A stretch of DNA of 64,000 bases from Octopus sinensis (GCF_006345805.1 NC_043012.1:40858001-40922000); one strand, 5' to 3'. Numbered from the stretch's first letter, positions 39,910 through 52,819 are shown. The notes: generated by a model from the letters alone, not told the origin. Numbers and translations are program-made.

Positions 39910-40147
39910 TAAAGATTATTTGCCAACATAATGTTGCAGTCCCGGTTGGGACGATTGTTCTGCTATTTAACCCCAGGAAACATCGTCTCCAGCTAGCTAT
40001 ACGACACACAATCTGTGTCCTTATATTTTCGAAAATATAAGGACACAAGTGTCGTATAGTCAGCTGAAGACGATGTTTGCTGGGGCTAAATGACGACAGC
40101 ATTCGTCCCAACCGGAACTGCCACATTATGTTGGCAAATAATCTTTA
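39910..40147. mobile_element. Fold-back (palindromic) MITE-like element, 238 bp
   Basis: taaagattatttgccaacataatg... / ...cattatgttggcaaataatcttta; the arms pair with mismatches to the centre ttttcgaaaa. Confidence 0.8.
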
Positions 40148-40319
40148 CTTTAGAGTACCGTTACTGAATGTCTCTCGTTGAGAGATTTAGAAATAATAAT
40201 TTTACTATTTATTCGTATATCATTAGTATACTTATAATAAACTAGCTTGCCAGATTTTGTTATTGCAGGATGGAGACGACTATTAAAGCACTCTGGATGC
40301 ACAGCTGATTAGTTTGCAG

Positions 40320-40969
40320 AATGCAATCGGTGCGTGAAGACAATTTGGAAACTCGCTACGTGTTAAATTGGGCGAAAATCACTAGAAAAATATCAAATAT
40401 TTCAGACTGCTTATGGATAAATTTGTATGAACCGAGCATCTGTTCTTCGCTGGCACAAGAGTCCAGGCAAAGCGAGTCCACCAGGAAGCTTATGATAATC
40501 CGCCCTGTCACAACAAGGGCATCGTCTACATCGCCTGAGTTCCCTCTGGTCAGACGGTCAACAAAAAGTATATTGGGGAAGTTTTGAGGGAGTTGAGGAA
40601 CTTATTTCTTAGCAAAAGTCCAGAGCGCTTGCGTCAGGACAATGCACCATTCCACAGTACCAACCTAGTAACCAATTCCTTGACAGAAATAGGGACCAAA
40701 ACTGTCCCGCACCCTCTTCACAATCCAGACCTTTCTCTCTGTAACTTTTGGTTGTTCTCCAAGCTGAAGGAGAGGGTGAAGGGCGCCGTGACAAGGGCCC
40801 GGGACACCTTCACTCCAGAGATCTTCTGTGGAGCTTTCACAAAGTGGTTGGACTACTACAAAAAGTGCATTGAAGTCAGGATTCTATTTTGAAGATTAAA
40901 GTTTTAGACTTCTTTGAAATTTAATAAATGTCTTCCATGAAAACATCTAAAATTCTGGAATGCACTTCG
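40320..40969 (+). mobile_element. Internally deleted mariner
   Basis: N-terminal MNRASVLRWHK, then RQDNAPFH and HPLHNPDLSLCNFWLFSKLK (D34D region). Right end ...ctggaatgcacttcg|TA. Confidence 0.85.
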
Positions 40970-40981
40970 TATGTATGTATG

Positions 40982-41012
<31 letters not shown>

Positions 41013-41177
41013 GTATGTATGTATGTATGTATGTATGTATGTATGTATGTATGTATGTATGTATGTACGTATGTATGTATGTATGTATGTATTTATGTAT
41101 GTATGTATATACGTATGCATGCATGCATGTATATAAAATGGATCGAAGAATCACAGTCATACATATAGATGCACACA

Positions 41178-41258
<81 letters not shown>

Positions 41259-41286
41259 GTCTGTCTGTCTGTATGTCTGTCCGTCC

Positions 41287-41330
<44 letters not shown>

Positions 41331-41335
41331 GTCTG

Positions 41336-41406
<71 letters not shown>

Positions 41407-41530
41407 GTCTATCTTTATATGTGTGCATACGTGTGTATCTGTGTCTATGAATGTGCGTGTGTGCATGTGTGTGTGTGCGTGTGTGTGTGCGTGCGTGTGT
41501 GTGTTCGTGTGTGTGTGTGTGTGTGTGTGT
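40970..41530. repeat. (ATGT)n, (TCTA)n, (TCTG)n and (TG)n microsatellites
   Basis: Read directly from the sequence. Confidence 0.95.
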
Positions 41531-42807
41531 GTGCATCAACCCTGAACTGTAATATTGCTTTAAAATTTTGGCACGAGCACTTTCAGGACAAGGGTTAAGT
41601 CGATTACATCTACCCAAGTTCTCAACTGGTCCTTTCTTTATCGACTCCGAAAAGCTAAATGGCAAAATTGACCTCAGCAGAATTTGAACTGATAACGTAA
41701 TGCTAACGATTCCGGTGTGCTACCGATTCTGCCAGTTTGCCGCCTTTCCAGGGACTTGTAACTGGTGCAATTCCAATTGGTAGTTTAATGAATTGTCCTT
41801 CGCTACTTTCCTCTCGTTTGTCTTGAGAAAAATGACCAGGAAGTGTACCAGCCATACAGACCATCATTTTTGGAAGACGTAATCAAATGATGCTTTGTTT
41901 GCTAATGTAAGAAGTCTGCAAATGCAATCTTTGTAGGTCTCTTTTTCCTTTCGTTCTTTCAAGATCAAGAAAAGAATTCCGAATAGCACATTGGTTTCGA
42001 TTCACTTTGAAGGTTGTCTGTTACCAGAATGCACTTCCTTTCCTAGATAATATCACTTAAATTTGATTTAGTATTTTGAACGGATGTTACGAAAGATATT
42101 TTATAACGAATAATTAATTAATCTTATTAAAAAAAATAAACGAAAATAATTTATGTATTCCAAGAAGAATTTGGAGAATTTAATGTATTTATTCACATTT
42201 AATCGACAAGAAATTGAAAAAAACATTTTCCGTGTTAGTTGCTGACAATTTTCCAATCTCTTATGTTCTCTTCGCATTGAATTTTTATGAGTTCTTGTAG
42301 AAAACAGTTCGTTAGAAGGAAGTTGTTTGGAATTTCAATGGAAGTCTGTAATTTGCATGAGAATGAAATCAGTTATTTTTATAACAAATCCTTAATAACA
42401 ATCAACAGCTGTTGTCGAGATGCAGTCAGCTTTTTCAAAAAATGCTTTATCTTCAATATTCAAACAAACGTGCATGTATTTGAAAATAATTTATATAGCG
42501 ATATGAATTTTAATATTTCTCGTTCCTCAATGGTGTTTTATTTCTAATAAAATGAAATTACAATAAATGAAATATATTTTAAGTAATAAGCTTCTTGGAG
42601 AAGGGGATTAGCGAAGTGAACATATATTCTAAATATTAAAGGAAAAATGTAGAAACACATCACCTATAAATCGATATTTCTTTTTGTATTAACAATGTTC
42701 ATATTTGTCAAAGTAATAGCAATTTATTTTAGTTTATGCAGCATTCCGGGTCAGGCACTCTGGCACGTAGATACATATTCATGTATACGTATGTGCGAGT
42801 GTTTATA

Positions 42808-44015
42808 TTAGGTTGGATGCAAAGTCATGTGGCATTTTGGACAAGGAAAGCAAAAGACGTTTATTTGGCTGTAATGGACTTATTTAATCAAGATAGTAAT
42901 TTCCCTCATTTTTAATAGCATGATCTCATCCGGCTGATAAGTTGTTGATCTCCCTAGCATAATAATCTTCACGTTTCGATGCAAAGAACGATTCAGTTTC
43001 TGTTTGTACCTCTTCTCGATTTGTTAAATGTTTTCCATTAAAAAAAAAAAAAATTGCAATGATTTGAAAAGATAATAATCGGATGAAGCAAGGTCGGGTG
43101 AATAAAGACAATGAAACAAAGCTTCCATATTAAGCGTAAGAATTTTGTTCTGCGTAATTCGAACAAGATGTGGTCTTGCATTGTCATGAAGTCGCTCTTT
43201 CTACAAACTTTGATACAGTGATTTCAGTTGGTGACAATACTGAGCGGCATTAATTGTCTCGCCAGAGTCCAACACTTCACGAGAGACGACATCTTTCATA
43301 TCTCACCAAATACAAAGTATATCTTTTTTCTGGGTGTAGTCCTGGTTTGGGTGTAGTTTACTCCCTTTCATTGGATGATAAGCATTGTTGTTTCCTTTAG
43401 ATATTATTGCAAAGCATCCACTTTTCATCATTGATGATTATTCTACTTCAAAAAGGGTCACTAGCAAGTCTGCTTTTTAATGAAGTGCAAACGGCAACTC
43501 TTTGATTTTAGACCCCTTTACTAGTTTGTGCAGCTGCTTTACAATAGCCCTGTGACATATATTGAACACTCTTGCCAGTTCTCATGTAGTTTGCATGGGG
43601 TTTTCTTCCACCACATTCCGTAAAACCTTGAGATCGACAGAACTTGGTCAACCTGATCGAGGGGAATCACTGAGGGAAAAGATTCCCGACTGAAATTGTT
43701 TAAACCCTTGTTGACATGTTCGGACTGTTGGAGCTTCATTTTTATAGGCAGAACCAATATTCCTCGCAGCATCTTTTGCTGAAGAACCCTTTTTGTATTC
43801 CCACAGCATACAATGTCTTCAGATGTGTCTGAACGGCACTCATTCTAGAGGGCTCAGATTTCAGAAACAATAAACAATTTAGAATCAAAGTCTTCTCAAA
43901 GAAACAAGAAAAACATTAGAACAAACAATGACAAGTTTATGTTGCATTCTGTATTGACAAAAAGTCTTCAAAGTTAATATGTCTAAAATGCTGCTGGACT
44001 TTGCCTCCAACCTAA
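42808..44015 (-). mobile_element. Full-length decayed mariner (Hsmar1/cecropia-like TIRs), 1208 bp
   Basis: TA TSDs at 42806-07 and 44016-17. 31-bp TIRs ttaggttgga(t/g)gcaaagtc...gcatttt. Minus strand gives TVRTCQ..FKQFQSG.FSLSDSPRSG and LYSPDLASSDYYLFKSLQ. Confidence 0.9.
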
Positions 44016-44448
44016 TACGCGAGTATATATTGCTATCATGGAAGTTTGTAAGCAACGGCGAGAAAATTGTTAAATCGGTGTTCTTTGAACGAAATCCTTT
44101 ATTATAATTATTTTGTACAAAGTTACGGGTATTTTCTTTTCCCGTAGACGCTAATATTCCCCACCGATGACGACTAACAGAAATATAATATAGATATGTT
44201 AAAAATGTAAATATATGCAGAAAATTAGATTAATAATATGATAAATGATAATTGCTGTCACGAAATAATATATGCATAAAGACGTACATATATGCATAAA
44301 TAACAAATTACGGAGATGTACTTGCATAGCAAGTGATTTGATCTGAGATCGTGTGCTGGAATGAAAACAATTGCAGCGTGGAAGGTGTTTGTAAGCCATT
44401 TAAGAAACACACAAAAGCCGTTCTATTCACTTCAACATTTAAGTTTAA

Positions 44449-44499
44449 TTTGTCAAAATATTTTCGTCGCTATAAGACCGCGACCTGTTCACTGACAAA
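44449..44499 (-). ncRNA. Hammerhead-like motif with G3-C8 covariation (copy with perfect helix II)
   Basis: TTTGTCA GTGAACA G GTCGC-GGTCTTATA-GCGAC GAA AATATT T TGACAAA. Confidence 0.6.
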
Positions 44500-44516
44500 A
44501 AGATGCAGCACGGATT

Positions 44517-44567
44517 TTTGTCAGTGAACAGGTCGCGGTCTTATAACGACGAAAATATTTTGACAAA
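44517..44567 (+). ncRNA. Hammerhead-like motif with G3-C8 covariation
   Basis: TTTGTCA GTGAACA G GTCGC-GGTCTTATA-ACGAC GAA AATATT T TGACAAA: helix I 7 bp, palindromic helix III. Confidence 0.58.
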
Positions 44568-44981
44568 TTAAACTTAAATGTTGAAGTGAATAGAACGGCT
44601 TTTGTGTGTTTCTTAAATGGCTTACAAACACCTTCCACGCCATAAATAACAAAGTTATATAGAAAAGAGCACTGTACTAAAAGAACTGAAGCGGTAAATG
44701 TTGACAATGTTCGCTAAGTATTATTTATGTCAATCACCCTTCATGTCCCTATACTAATAAAAGATAAAAAGGGTTGGATATACATACCTACATCCCAGTA
44801 TCTTTTTCTAACTTGGTGCGTTTACAATATTTGTCTACAGCAAGAGATTTTTCTCAATGACAAAATGCTGTAATTGGCTTTTTTTTACGGGTTCGGGTAT
44901 GTCTCAAGCATATTTGAATGGGTAACAAGTATATTTGTACACACCGTTGTTCAGCGCGTCCAGTCCATATCGGCATATTTG

Positions 44982-45015
<34 letters not shown>

Positions 45016-45020
<5 letters not shown>

Positions 45021-45600
45021 GGGGTCGAATAAAAAGGTATCGGAACTGTTGCTATGGTAACGGAGTTAAACTACGCAGAATGAAGCCCTTTGGCACAGAT
45101 TGACCTTCAACTCTGTCGTGCAGGTACGCTAAGTTATAACGGGCTCGCTCATTTCCGTTGTTTTTAGAAGTACTTGGCGGGACAGGAAGTAAAGTGTGTT
45201 GAGTGTGGTCGTTTGAACACACCACGGAGGTTCTATCAGTGGCCATGGCAGGGAAAATATGTGGGTGCGTGCGTCTGTGTATGTGTGTGTATGCATATAT
45301 GTGTGTATGTGTGTACGTGTGTGAGAGGCAGAGAGAAAGAGGGAGAGAGAGAGAGAGAGAGAGCGCGTGCGTGGAAAGAGACGCAGCAGAAGGATATTAA
45401 AGCCAAGAATCTTTCCAAATCAAATCCAACTTGAAAGGAACACGATTCTAAGACATGGCAAAAATTCAAGAGAATTCGATGAGGCAGCTGCTCAAAGAAG
45501 GAGTTGCAAAAATGCTTCAGTCAATAGAAACGACGCTGGATAACGTGTGTGGCTTCAGAAGGGGTCAATTTCGAAGGGGATTAAATGAAGAATTGATATG
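45016..45600 (+). mobile_element. Decayed mariner remnant
   Basis: TA-CGGGG-type left end; C-terminal KSNLKGTRF...KCF...RW..CVASEG.NFEGD*. Confidence 0.65.
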
Positions 45601-45807
45601 TGCCGTAGTTTACTTTTTATAGCAGCAGTCCCGATTCATTTTTGACGAGATCTCATAGGAATAAAAGCATTAGGAGCGAGAAGACCGACATATCTTGAAG
45701 TTTAATCACAGCTGCACAGGTAACTAAAGCAATTCATAAAAGTATTGGTACGTCTGTTAGTCTTCCTCAGTTCTAGGCCATGGCAGTAACCGTCATATAT
45801 ATATATA

Positions 45808-45894
<87 letters not shown>

Positions 45895-46872
45895 CATATA
45901 TATACATATATATATATAATATATATATACACACTCACACACACATACTCACACACACACACACACACATACACACATATATATATATAATCCGAATTTT
46001 ATAGTATTAAGTATCCATCACAGCTGGTCTTACCAATAGGTTTCGCGCAAAAATACAATGGAGTGTTAGGTAACAGTCTAGTTATATGATTACGCTCATC
46101 AGAGTTAGCCGATATGGAATGGAATATGGCAACTGCTCTCTATTGTCGAAGTTGGATTAGCATAACCGGTCACCGGCTGCTGCGAGAAAGTGGTGAAACA
46201 AAAAAAATAGGGCGAGGGATTTGGCTAGAAGTTGTGTCCCTTGGTTAGGAATGTTGTGAAGTCGGCAAGTTTTATCTTGAAGTGGGGAAAGTGTATATTA
46301 AGAATGTGGTGTCCCTGCGGGGATATTCATGTGTGTTTACGCGAACGCGCGTGTATTTGTGTGGATATTTTATTAATATAATAAATATCGGTGAGAAAAT
46401 TGAAACTCAGTGCACTTCGGGCAAGAACCCTTGCAATATTTGTTTTGCAGCAGACTACATGCACTCCCCTTCCATTCCGGTCTTTAGCAATTCAGCGATC
46501 CAGTGATTAGAACATCAGAGATCATGAACAAATGGCGCTATTTTCTCCTATTTGCAACACAAAACAAATAAAAAGAACACAGACGGTACATCAATAACAA
46601 CTTAAATATTTTAGTGTTGATATAAGCATCTAATGATCTTTAGATCGATCTAAGAAATGATTGATATTCGAAAACCGATAACAGCCCCCACCTGAAACAC
46701 TAAACTGCATTTGTATTAGTTTTGTTTCATTTTTACGTGATTTGAAGTTTTTCACTATTTTCATTTTTTGAGTTTGTTGAGAAGAATCTTTCAGATTTTG
46801 TACGTGGGGGGGGGGTTGTATCAGTGATAGTATTGATAGAGAGGCAAGGAAGGAAAGATATCCAGTCAATAA

Positions 46873-46923
<51 letters not shown>

Positions 46924-47189
46924 ATGTGTGTGTGTGTGTATGTGTGTGTGTGTGTGCGCGCGCTTCAATATATATATATATATATATATGAGCACATCCC
47001 TCACATCTCTATGTATGTGCATACACACTTATATCCATATGCACAATGCACATACACACCAATATATAGACATAATGCATACATGCATAGATACGTATAT
47101 TCATATCTATCTGTCTGCTTGTCTGGCTGTCTGCTGTTTGTCTGTCTGTCTATCAATCTATATGTCTATTTATATATCTATATACATAC

Positions 47190-49236
47190 ATACATAATAA
47201 TAATAATGTTCGTCCTTCGGTTCGAAGATGACCAACTGACACCATCTGATGGAACTGGCGCCATGAGACCGGAGGTGGCTGGTGAGGCCAATCCGGGCAA
47301 GGAAGCCCCTCCCACAGGTGGGACAGAAGTGGGTAGGGGCCATGCTACTGGTGCAGGCGGCTCTGAATTTACGCATCTGACGTTTCTGCTCCGCTGACCG
47401 AATCCGTCCCTCCTCGGCTGTCCCTGCTCCCACGGTGATTGCGCTGCGCCAGGATGAGCGGTTGGCAGCAAGTGTCTCCCAGGTCTCTGTTCCGATGGAG
47501 AAGTCTTTGAGAGAGACCTTGAGACTATCCTTGTAGCGCTTTTTCTCTGCCCTCCGACTTTGCGCCTGCCCTGGCCGAGTTCACCGTAGAAGAGCTGTTT
47601 TGGGATGCGAGTGTCGGACATGCGGGAGACGTGGCCCGCCCATCTCAGCTGGGCCTTGCGCATGATTGTGATGGTGCTAGGGAGATCTGCCTGCTTCAGA
47701 ACTTCCGTGTCTGGGACTTTGTCCTGCCAGCGGATGTGAAGGAGGTTCCGAAGACACCTGAGATGGAAGTGGTTTATCTGGCGCTCGTGCCTTCGGTAAG
47801 CAGTCCACGTCTCGCAGCCGTATAGTAGGTGGTAAGCACGACTGCCCGGTAGACTTTCAGCTTGGTGTTGAGGCTGATTCCTCTCCGCTCCCAGACTTTC
47901 TTTCGCAGTCTCCCAAACGCGCTGCTTGCCTTGGAGATTCTGTTGATGGTTTCAGCATCTATGTTGGCATTGCAGGAGAGAGTGCTGCCCAGGTAGGTGA
48001 AGTTTTCCACCACTCGTAGGATCCGTCCGTTCACCCTTATCTGAGGCTCATGGTATTGTTTGCCGGGGGCTGGCTGAAACATCACTTCGGTTTTCTTGGC
48101 ACTTGGGTGAGACCGAAGTTGTCACAGGCTGATGAGAACCTGTCCATCTCGAGCTGCATCTCCTGCTCATCGATTGCATTAAGGGCGCAGTCGTCAGCAA
48201 AGAGAAAGTCTCTGACGACTGTCTCCCTCACCTTTGTGACAGCCTGCAATCTTCTGGAGTTGAAAAGTTTCCCGTCTGTCCTGTACTTGATGTCGATCCC
48301 GGACTTGCGGTCCCTAAAGGCGTCGGACAGCATTGCCGAGAACATGATGCTGAACAGTGTTGGGGCCAGGACACATCCCTACCTGACTCCGTTGGTCACC
48401 TGGAAGGCTTCAGATGAGTTGCCGTCTTCAAGGACTCTGGCTGTCATTCCGTCGTGGAACTGGCGGACAATTGCAATAAATTGCTGGGGGCAACCAAATT
48501 TTCCCATGACCTTCCATAGTCCCTCCCGACTGACTGTATCAAGGCCTTGTGAGGTCAACAAAGGTCATGCAGGTCAGGTGCTGCTCCATGCATTTCTCCT
48601 GGAGCTGGCGGGCGGCGAATATCATGTCAGTGGTCCCTCGACCCGCGCGGAAGCCACACTGGCTCTCAGGGAGAAGGCCTTGCTCCAAGTGTTCCAGAAG
48701 GCGGTCAAGCAGGACCCGGGCCAGGATCTTGCCTGCTATGGACAAGAGGGAAATACCTCGGTGGTTGTCGCAGGACCGCCGATCTCCTTTCCGCTTTTAA
48801 ATGTGGACGATTGTTGCGTCCCGGAAATCTTGAGGGAGTTGTTCCCTGTCCCACATCGACTGGAACAGGCTGGTGAGCTGACTGATCATGGTGGGGCCGT
48901 CCGACTTGAACACCTCTGCAGGGCTGGCGTCAGAGCCTGGAGCTTTGCCGGTGGACATTTTTTTGATGGCTCTGCTCACTTCCTCGACTGCAGGGGGAAC
49001 AGCCAACTCGTGGTTTGTCGGCACCTGGGGGAGTCGTGCGATGGCTTCCTCGTTGATCTGGGCTGGTCGGTTGAGCACGATGTTGAAGTGCTCCGCCCAT
49101 CTCTCCAGGATCAGCCTCTTGTTAGTCAGGAGTGAGGTTCCATCCGAGCTGAGCAGGGGGGTTGATCCAAAGGAGAACTGCGGTCCATAGACAGCTTTCA
49201 GCGCCTCGTAGAATTTCTTGGTGTCGTGTTTGTCCA
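47190..49236 (-). mobile_element. RTE (BovB-like) LINE, 5'-truncated, with several frameshifts
   Basis: ERWAEHF..VLNRP, GKAPG.D, LPQDFRDATIV, GLLPESQCGFRAGRGTTDMIF, FVDL, FLFADDCAL, FTYLGS, LRWAGHVSRMSDTRIPKQLFYGEL, CPTCGRGF; (ATT)n tail at ~47191-47206. Confidence 0.95.
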
Positions 49237-50730
49237 TAGAAATAGTGTTGACCTTTCAGTCTCGTCCACCGTACAACCTGTTTTACCTGTGCCACCAAAC
49301 AGATAAACACTACCTGTCCTTTCCGGCCAAGTCATGACGGCAGGACAACCTTCAGCCATCAGTCTGGTCCATCCCACATGTGATAGCCGGTGTTCCGCAT
49401 AACCCCACAAGTCAGTAATGCTCGGGCGATCGACGAATGTGTTCAGAATGCTTTCGTTGCTTTGCTGGTATCTGGGCCAGGCCCGGCTCTCGACACTTCC
49501 GTGTCAGTACAGTTTATCTTCAAACTAGCAATGCTTTCTTTCCCGATAACACTATCGGGCCAAGCATTCCCAAAAATTATCCATGGGACCAGCCCTGAAA
49601 GTTCTCAGGAAATGTTGTTCATTTTTCTCAGGAATTTTGTTCATTTTTTATCGATATCCTGAATTTCTCCAAGAACGTCTCCGCTTGTGTTCACTACTAA
49701 CTCTATATTGAACGCCACAGAGGAACTCTACCAACCGTGTTGTTCGACTGGAGCGTGTTGTCCGACTGGCACGTGATGTCCGACTGGAGTGCAACTGGAG
49801 TCCGACTGGAGAGGAGCGTGAGTGCTTAACGACATTCCAGATGGCAAGTGCTCACTCGCGGTCTTTGCATGACAGCACAGCAGCTCCGTCCGGTGGACGG
49901 GCTGGGAAAGAAATGCGTCCGACACATACAGTATCACATCTATTTACCGGCAACGAACGTCATATGCCCAGTCCTGTTCCTCAGCGGATTTCTACTGCAG
50001 ATGAAGCACCTCATCAGTGGGACATGTCCCTCCAGCAAAGAGTAGAAGAGCAGACGCTCCAGTTCAGAAAAGAGGACAGGAGAACAGACCGGGCTCACTA
50101 TACTCAATTGTTGGGATTAGGTGACCATTCCACATAAGCACATAAAGCAGGTCGATGTACGTTATGGCGACCCAGCCCTAGAAGACCGGCAAGAACGCGC
50201 TGCTTTGAGGTATCAGTGGTCAACATTATCGATAGACTTCGATGGAAGTTGATCAGGGATCCATCCGTACAAACTCACCCTTTCTATGTAGTATGACATG
50301 CGAGGGGGGGGGGGTCGTTGTCATAAACTTTTTTTTTCTGGATGGTGCATGTTTCAGTTAGAATGGATGCTTTGCCTTCTGAGTTCAAATCCCACCATGT
50401 CACCCCAAAAACGGTGACATTTCTGTCAACAGTTGCGACCAGCAGATAGTATCAGCAATATGGAAAATCAATGGAGACACGCTTTCCTTGGTTCGATCAA
50501 TAAAAAAAATCAAAACAAGAAACTGTATACAACGACCACCATTATTGGATACACGTACACACGTTCGTACATACATACATAAATACATATATGGATATGA
50601 ATACGGATATGTATATGTGCGTGTGTGTTAGTGTTAGTGAGTGTGTTTGTGTTTACACATGTATATAAATGTGTCTATACATATTTTTTCTGAATCTTCA
50701 TATACATACAGATATATATATATATATATA

Positions 50731-51140
50731 TATTTCTTTACTACCCACAAGGGGCTAAATACAGAGGGGACAAGCAAGGACAGACAAACGGATTAAGTCG
50801 ATTACATCGACCCCAGTGCGTAACTGGTACTTTATTTATCGACCCCGAAAGGATGAAAGGCAAAGTCTACCTCGGCGGTATTTGAACTCAAAACGTAACG
50901 GCAGACGAAATATCTATTTCTTTATTACCCACAAGGGGCTAAACACAGAGGGGACAAACAAGGACAGACATAGGTATTAAGTCGATTACATCGCCCCCAG
51001 TGCGTGACTGGTACTTAATTTATCGACCCCGAAAGGATGAAAAGCAAAGTCGACCTAGGCGGAATTTCAACTCAGAACGTAACGGCAGACGAAATACGGC
51101 TACGGATTTCGCCCGGCGCGTTAACGTTTCTGCCAGCTCG
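50731..51140 (-). mobile_element. Family-A SINE tandem dimer (184-bp truncated unit plus near-full unit)
   Basis: Junction cagacgaaatatc|tatttcttt at 50914/50915. Confidence 0.85.
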
Positions 51141-51143
51141 ACT

Positions 51144-51216
<73 letters not shown>

Positions 51217-51693
51217 CCTTGGGATTGAAAAGTTCACAGTTATTCAATATCTTACCAAACTACTCGAGACATAATCATAAAGTTGAGGTGGATGTTTTCA
51301 GAAAGCGGTGGCGAGGGGGGCATCTTGTGTCTAAGATTCCTTCATCACGGTCAAGACTGAAATGAGGGCAGTGATATCAAATACGTTCCTTAACCGAAGC
51401 GCCAATCACAAGAGAATGGCTATTGGAAATGTGATGACATTGTTGCTCCAGAATGGCCACTACCTTTAGGCACAAATAAAATGAATAAAAATCATGTCTT
51501 TATTCTTTTACTTGTTTCTGTCATTTCACTGCAGCCATGCTGGAGCACCGCCCAGGATTTATTCTTTGTAAGCCTAGCATTTATTGTATTGGTTTCTTTT
51601 GCTGAAGCCCTACGTTATAAGGACGTAAACAAACCAGCACCGGATGTCATGCGATATTGAGGGATAAAAACAAACACAAAGACAGACACACAT

Positions 51694-51763
<70 letters not shown>

Positions 51764-51970
51764 ATTATATATATATATATATATCACATGCTTCTTCCAG
51801 TTTCCACCACCAACCAACTGCACTCGAAAGGCTTTGGTCAGCCGAAGGTTACAATAGAAGATACTTGCTCAAGTTTCACCGCAGTGTAACTGAACCTGAA
51901 ACCATGTGGTTAGGAAGCCAAGCTTCTTAACCCACAGCCATATTTATATATGAATGTTACTGAATACACG

Positions 51971-52001
<31 letters not shown>

Positions 52002-52346
52002 ATATATAATATGTATGTATATGTATATGTATATATATATATGTATGTCATTTACTGTAGCCTCGGGCCGACTAGAGGCTTTTGAGTGGAGCAGACGGAG
52101 ACTGCAATACACGTGTCGTATATATTTGTATATATACATGTGTGTGTGTGTGTGTGCATGTGTTATTGACCAAAGTTGGTTTGTTTAGGTCCCCGTAACT
52201 TACCAGTTCAGCAAATCAGACAGATAGAATAAGTACTAGGCTTACAAAGAATAGGTCCTGGGTTCGAATTCGTTCGATTTAAGGGCACTGCTCCAGCATG
52301 GCCGCAGTAAAATGTCTGAAACAAGTAAAAGAATATAAGAATAAAT

Positions 52347-52380
<34 letters not shown>

Positions 52381-52727
52381 TTACACACGTCTCAGCCTGC
52401 AACTACTATTGCTACTAGTGTTACTATTACATATTTCCATGTTTAAATTGGAACTGCTGGCACCGAACTCTGCTCTGCTGCAGACATAATACACGTTCTG
52501 TGATTTTTATAGCTTCCACCTTTGACCTTCTGCCTCTGACCTCACCTGTTTTGGCAACCATCAAAGAAAACAAAAAAGAAGAAATCACAGCAAAGAAAGA
52601 AGAGCGAAACGAAGCGAAAGATCTCTTTCCGCCATTGACGAGCGACAGAGACGGTTCTGCCGGGGATGGAGATCGTTCTCGGGCTGTGGTAATAGTGACA
52701 TAAAAACGTCAACAGCACCCCCCACCA

Positions 52728-52762
<35 letters not shown>

Positions 52763-52819
52763 GCCGCCGCGCCGCCGCCGCCGCCGCCGCCGCCGCGCCG
52801 CTGCCGCCGCTGCCGCCGC

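Larger units (their letters stand above)
44308..44640. mobile_element. Non-autonomous retroelement-like insert with a 126-bp inverted repeat and a 13-bp TSD
   Basis: Arms 44376-44501 and 44515-44640 are 125/126 complementary with a 13-nt spacer. CATAAATAACAAA lies at 44295-44307 and 44641-44653. Confidence 0.85.

Noticed and set aside
46070-46110. Minus-strand CTGATGAG...C partial hammerhead core
   Set aside because: No GAAA and no helix I.
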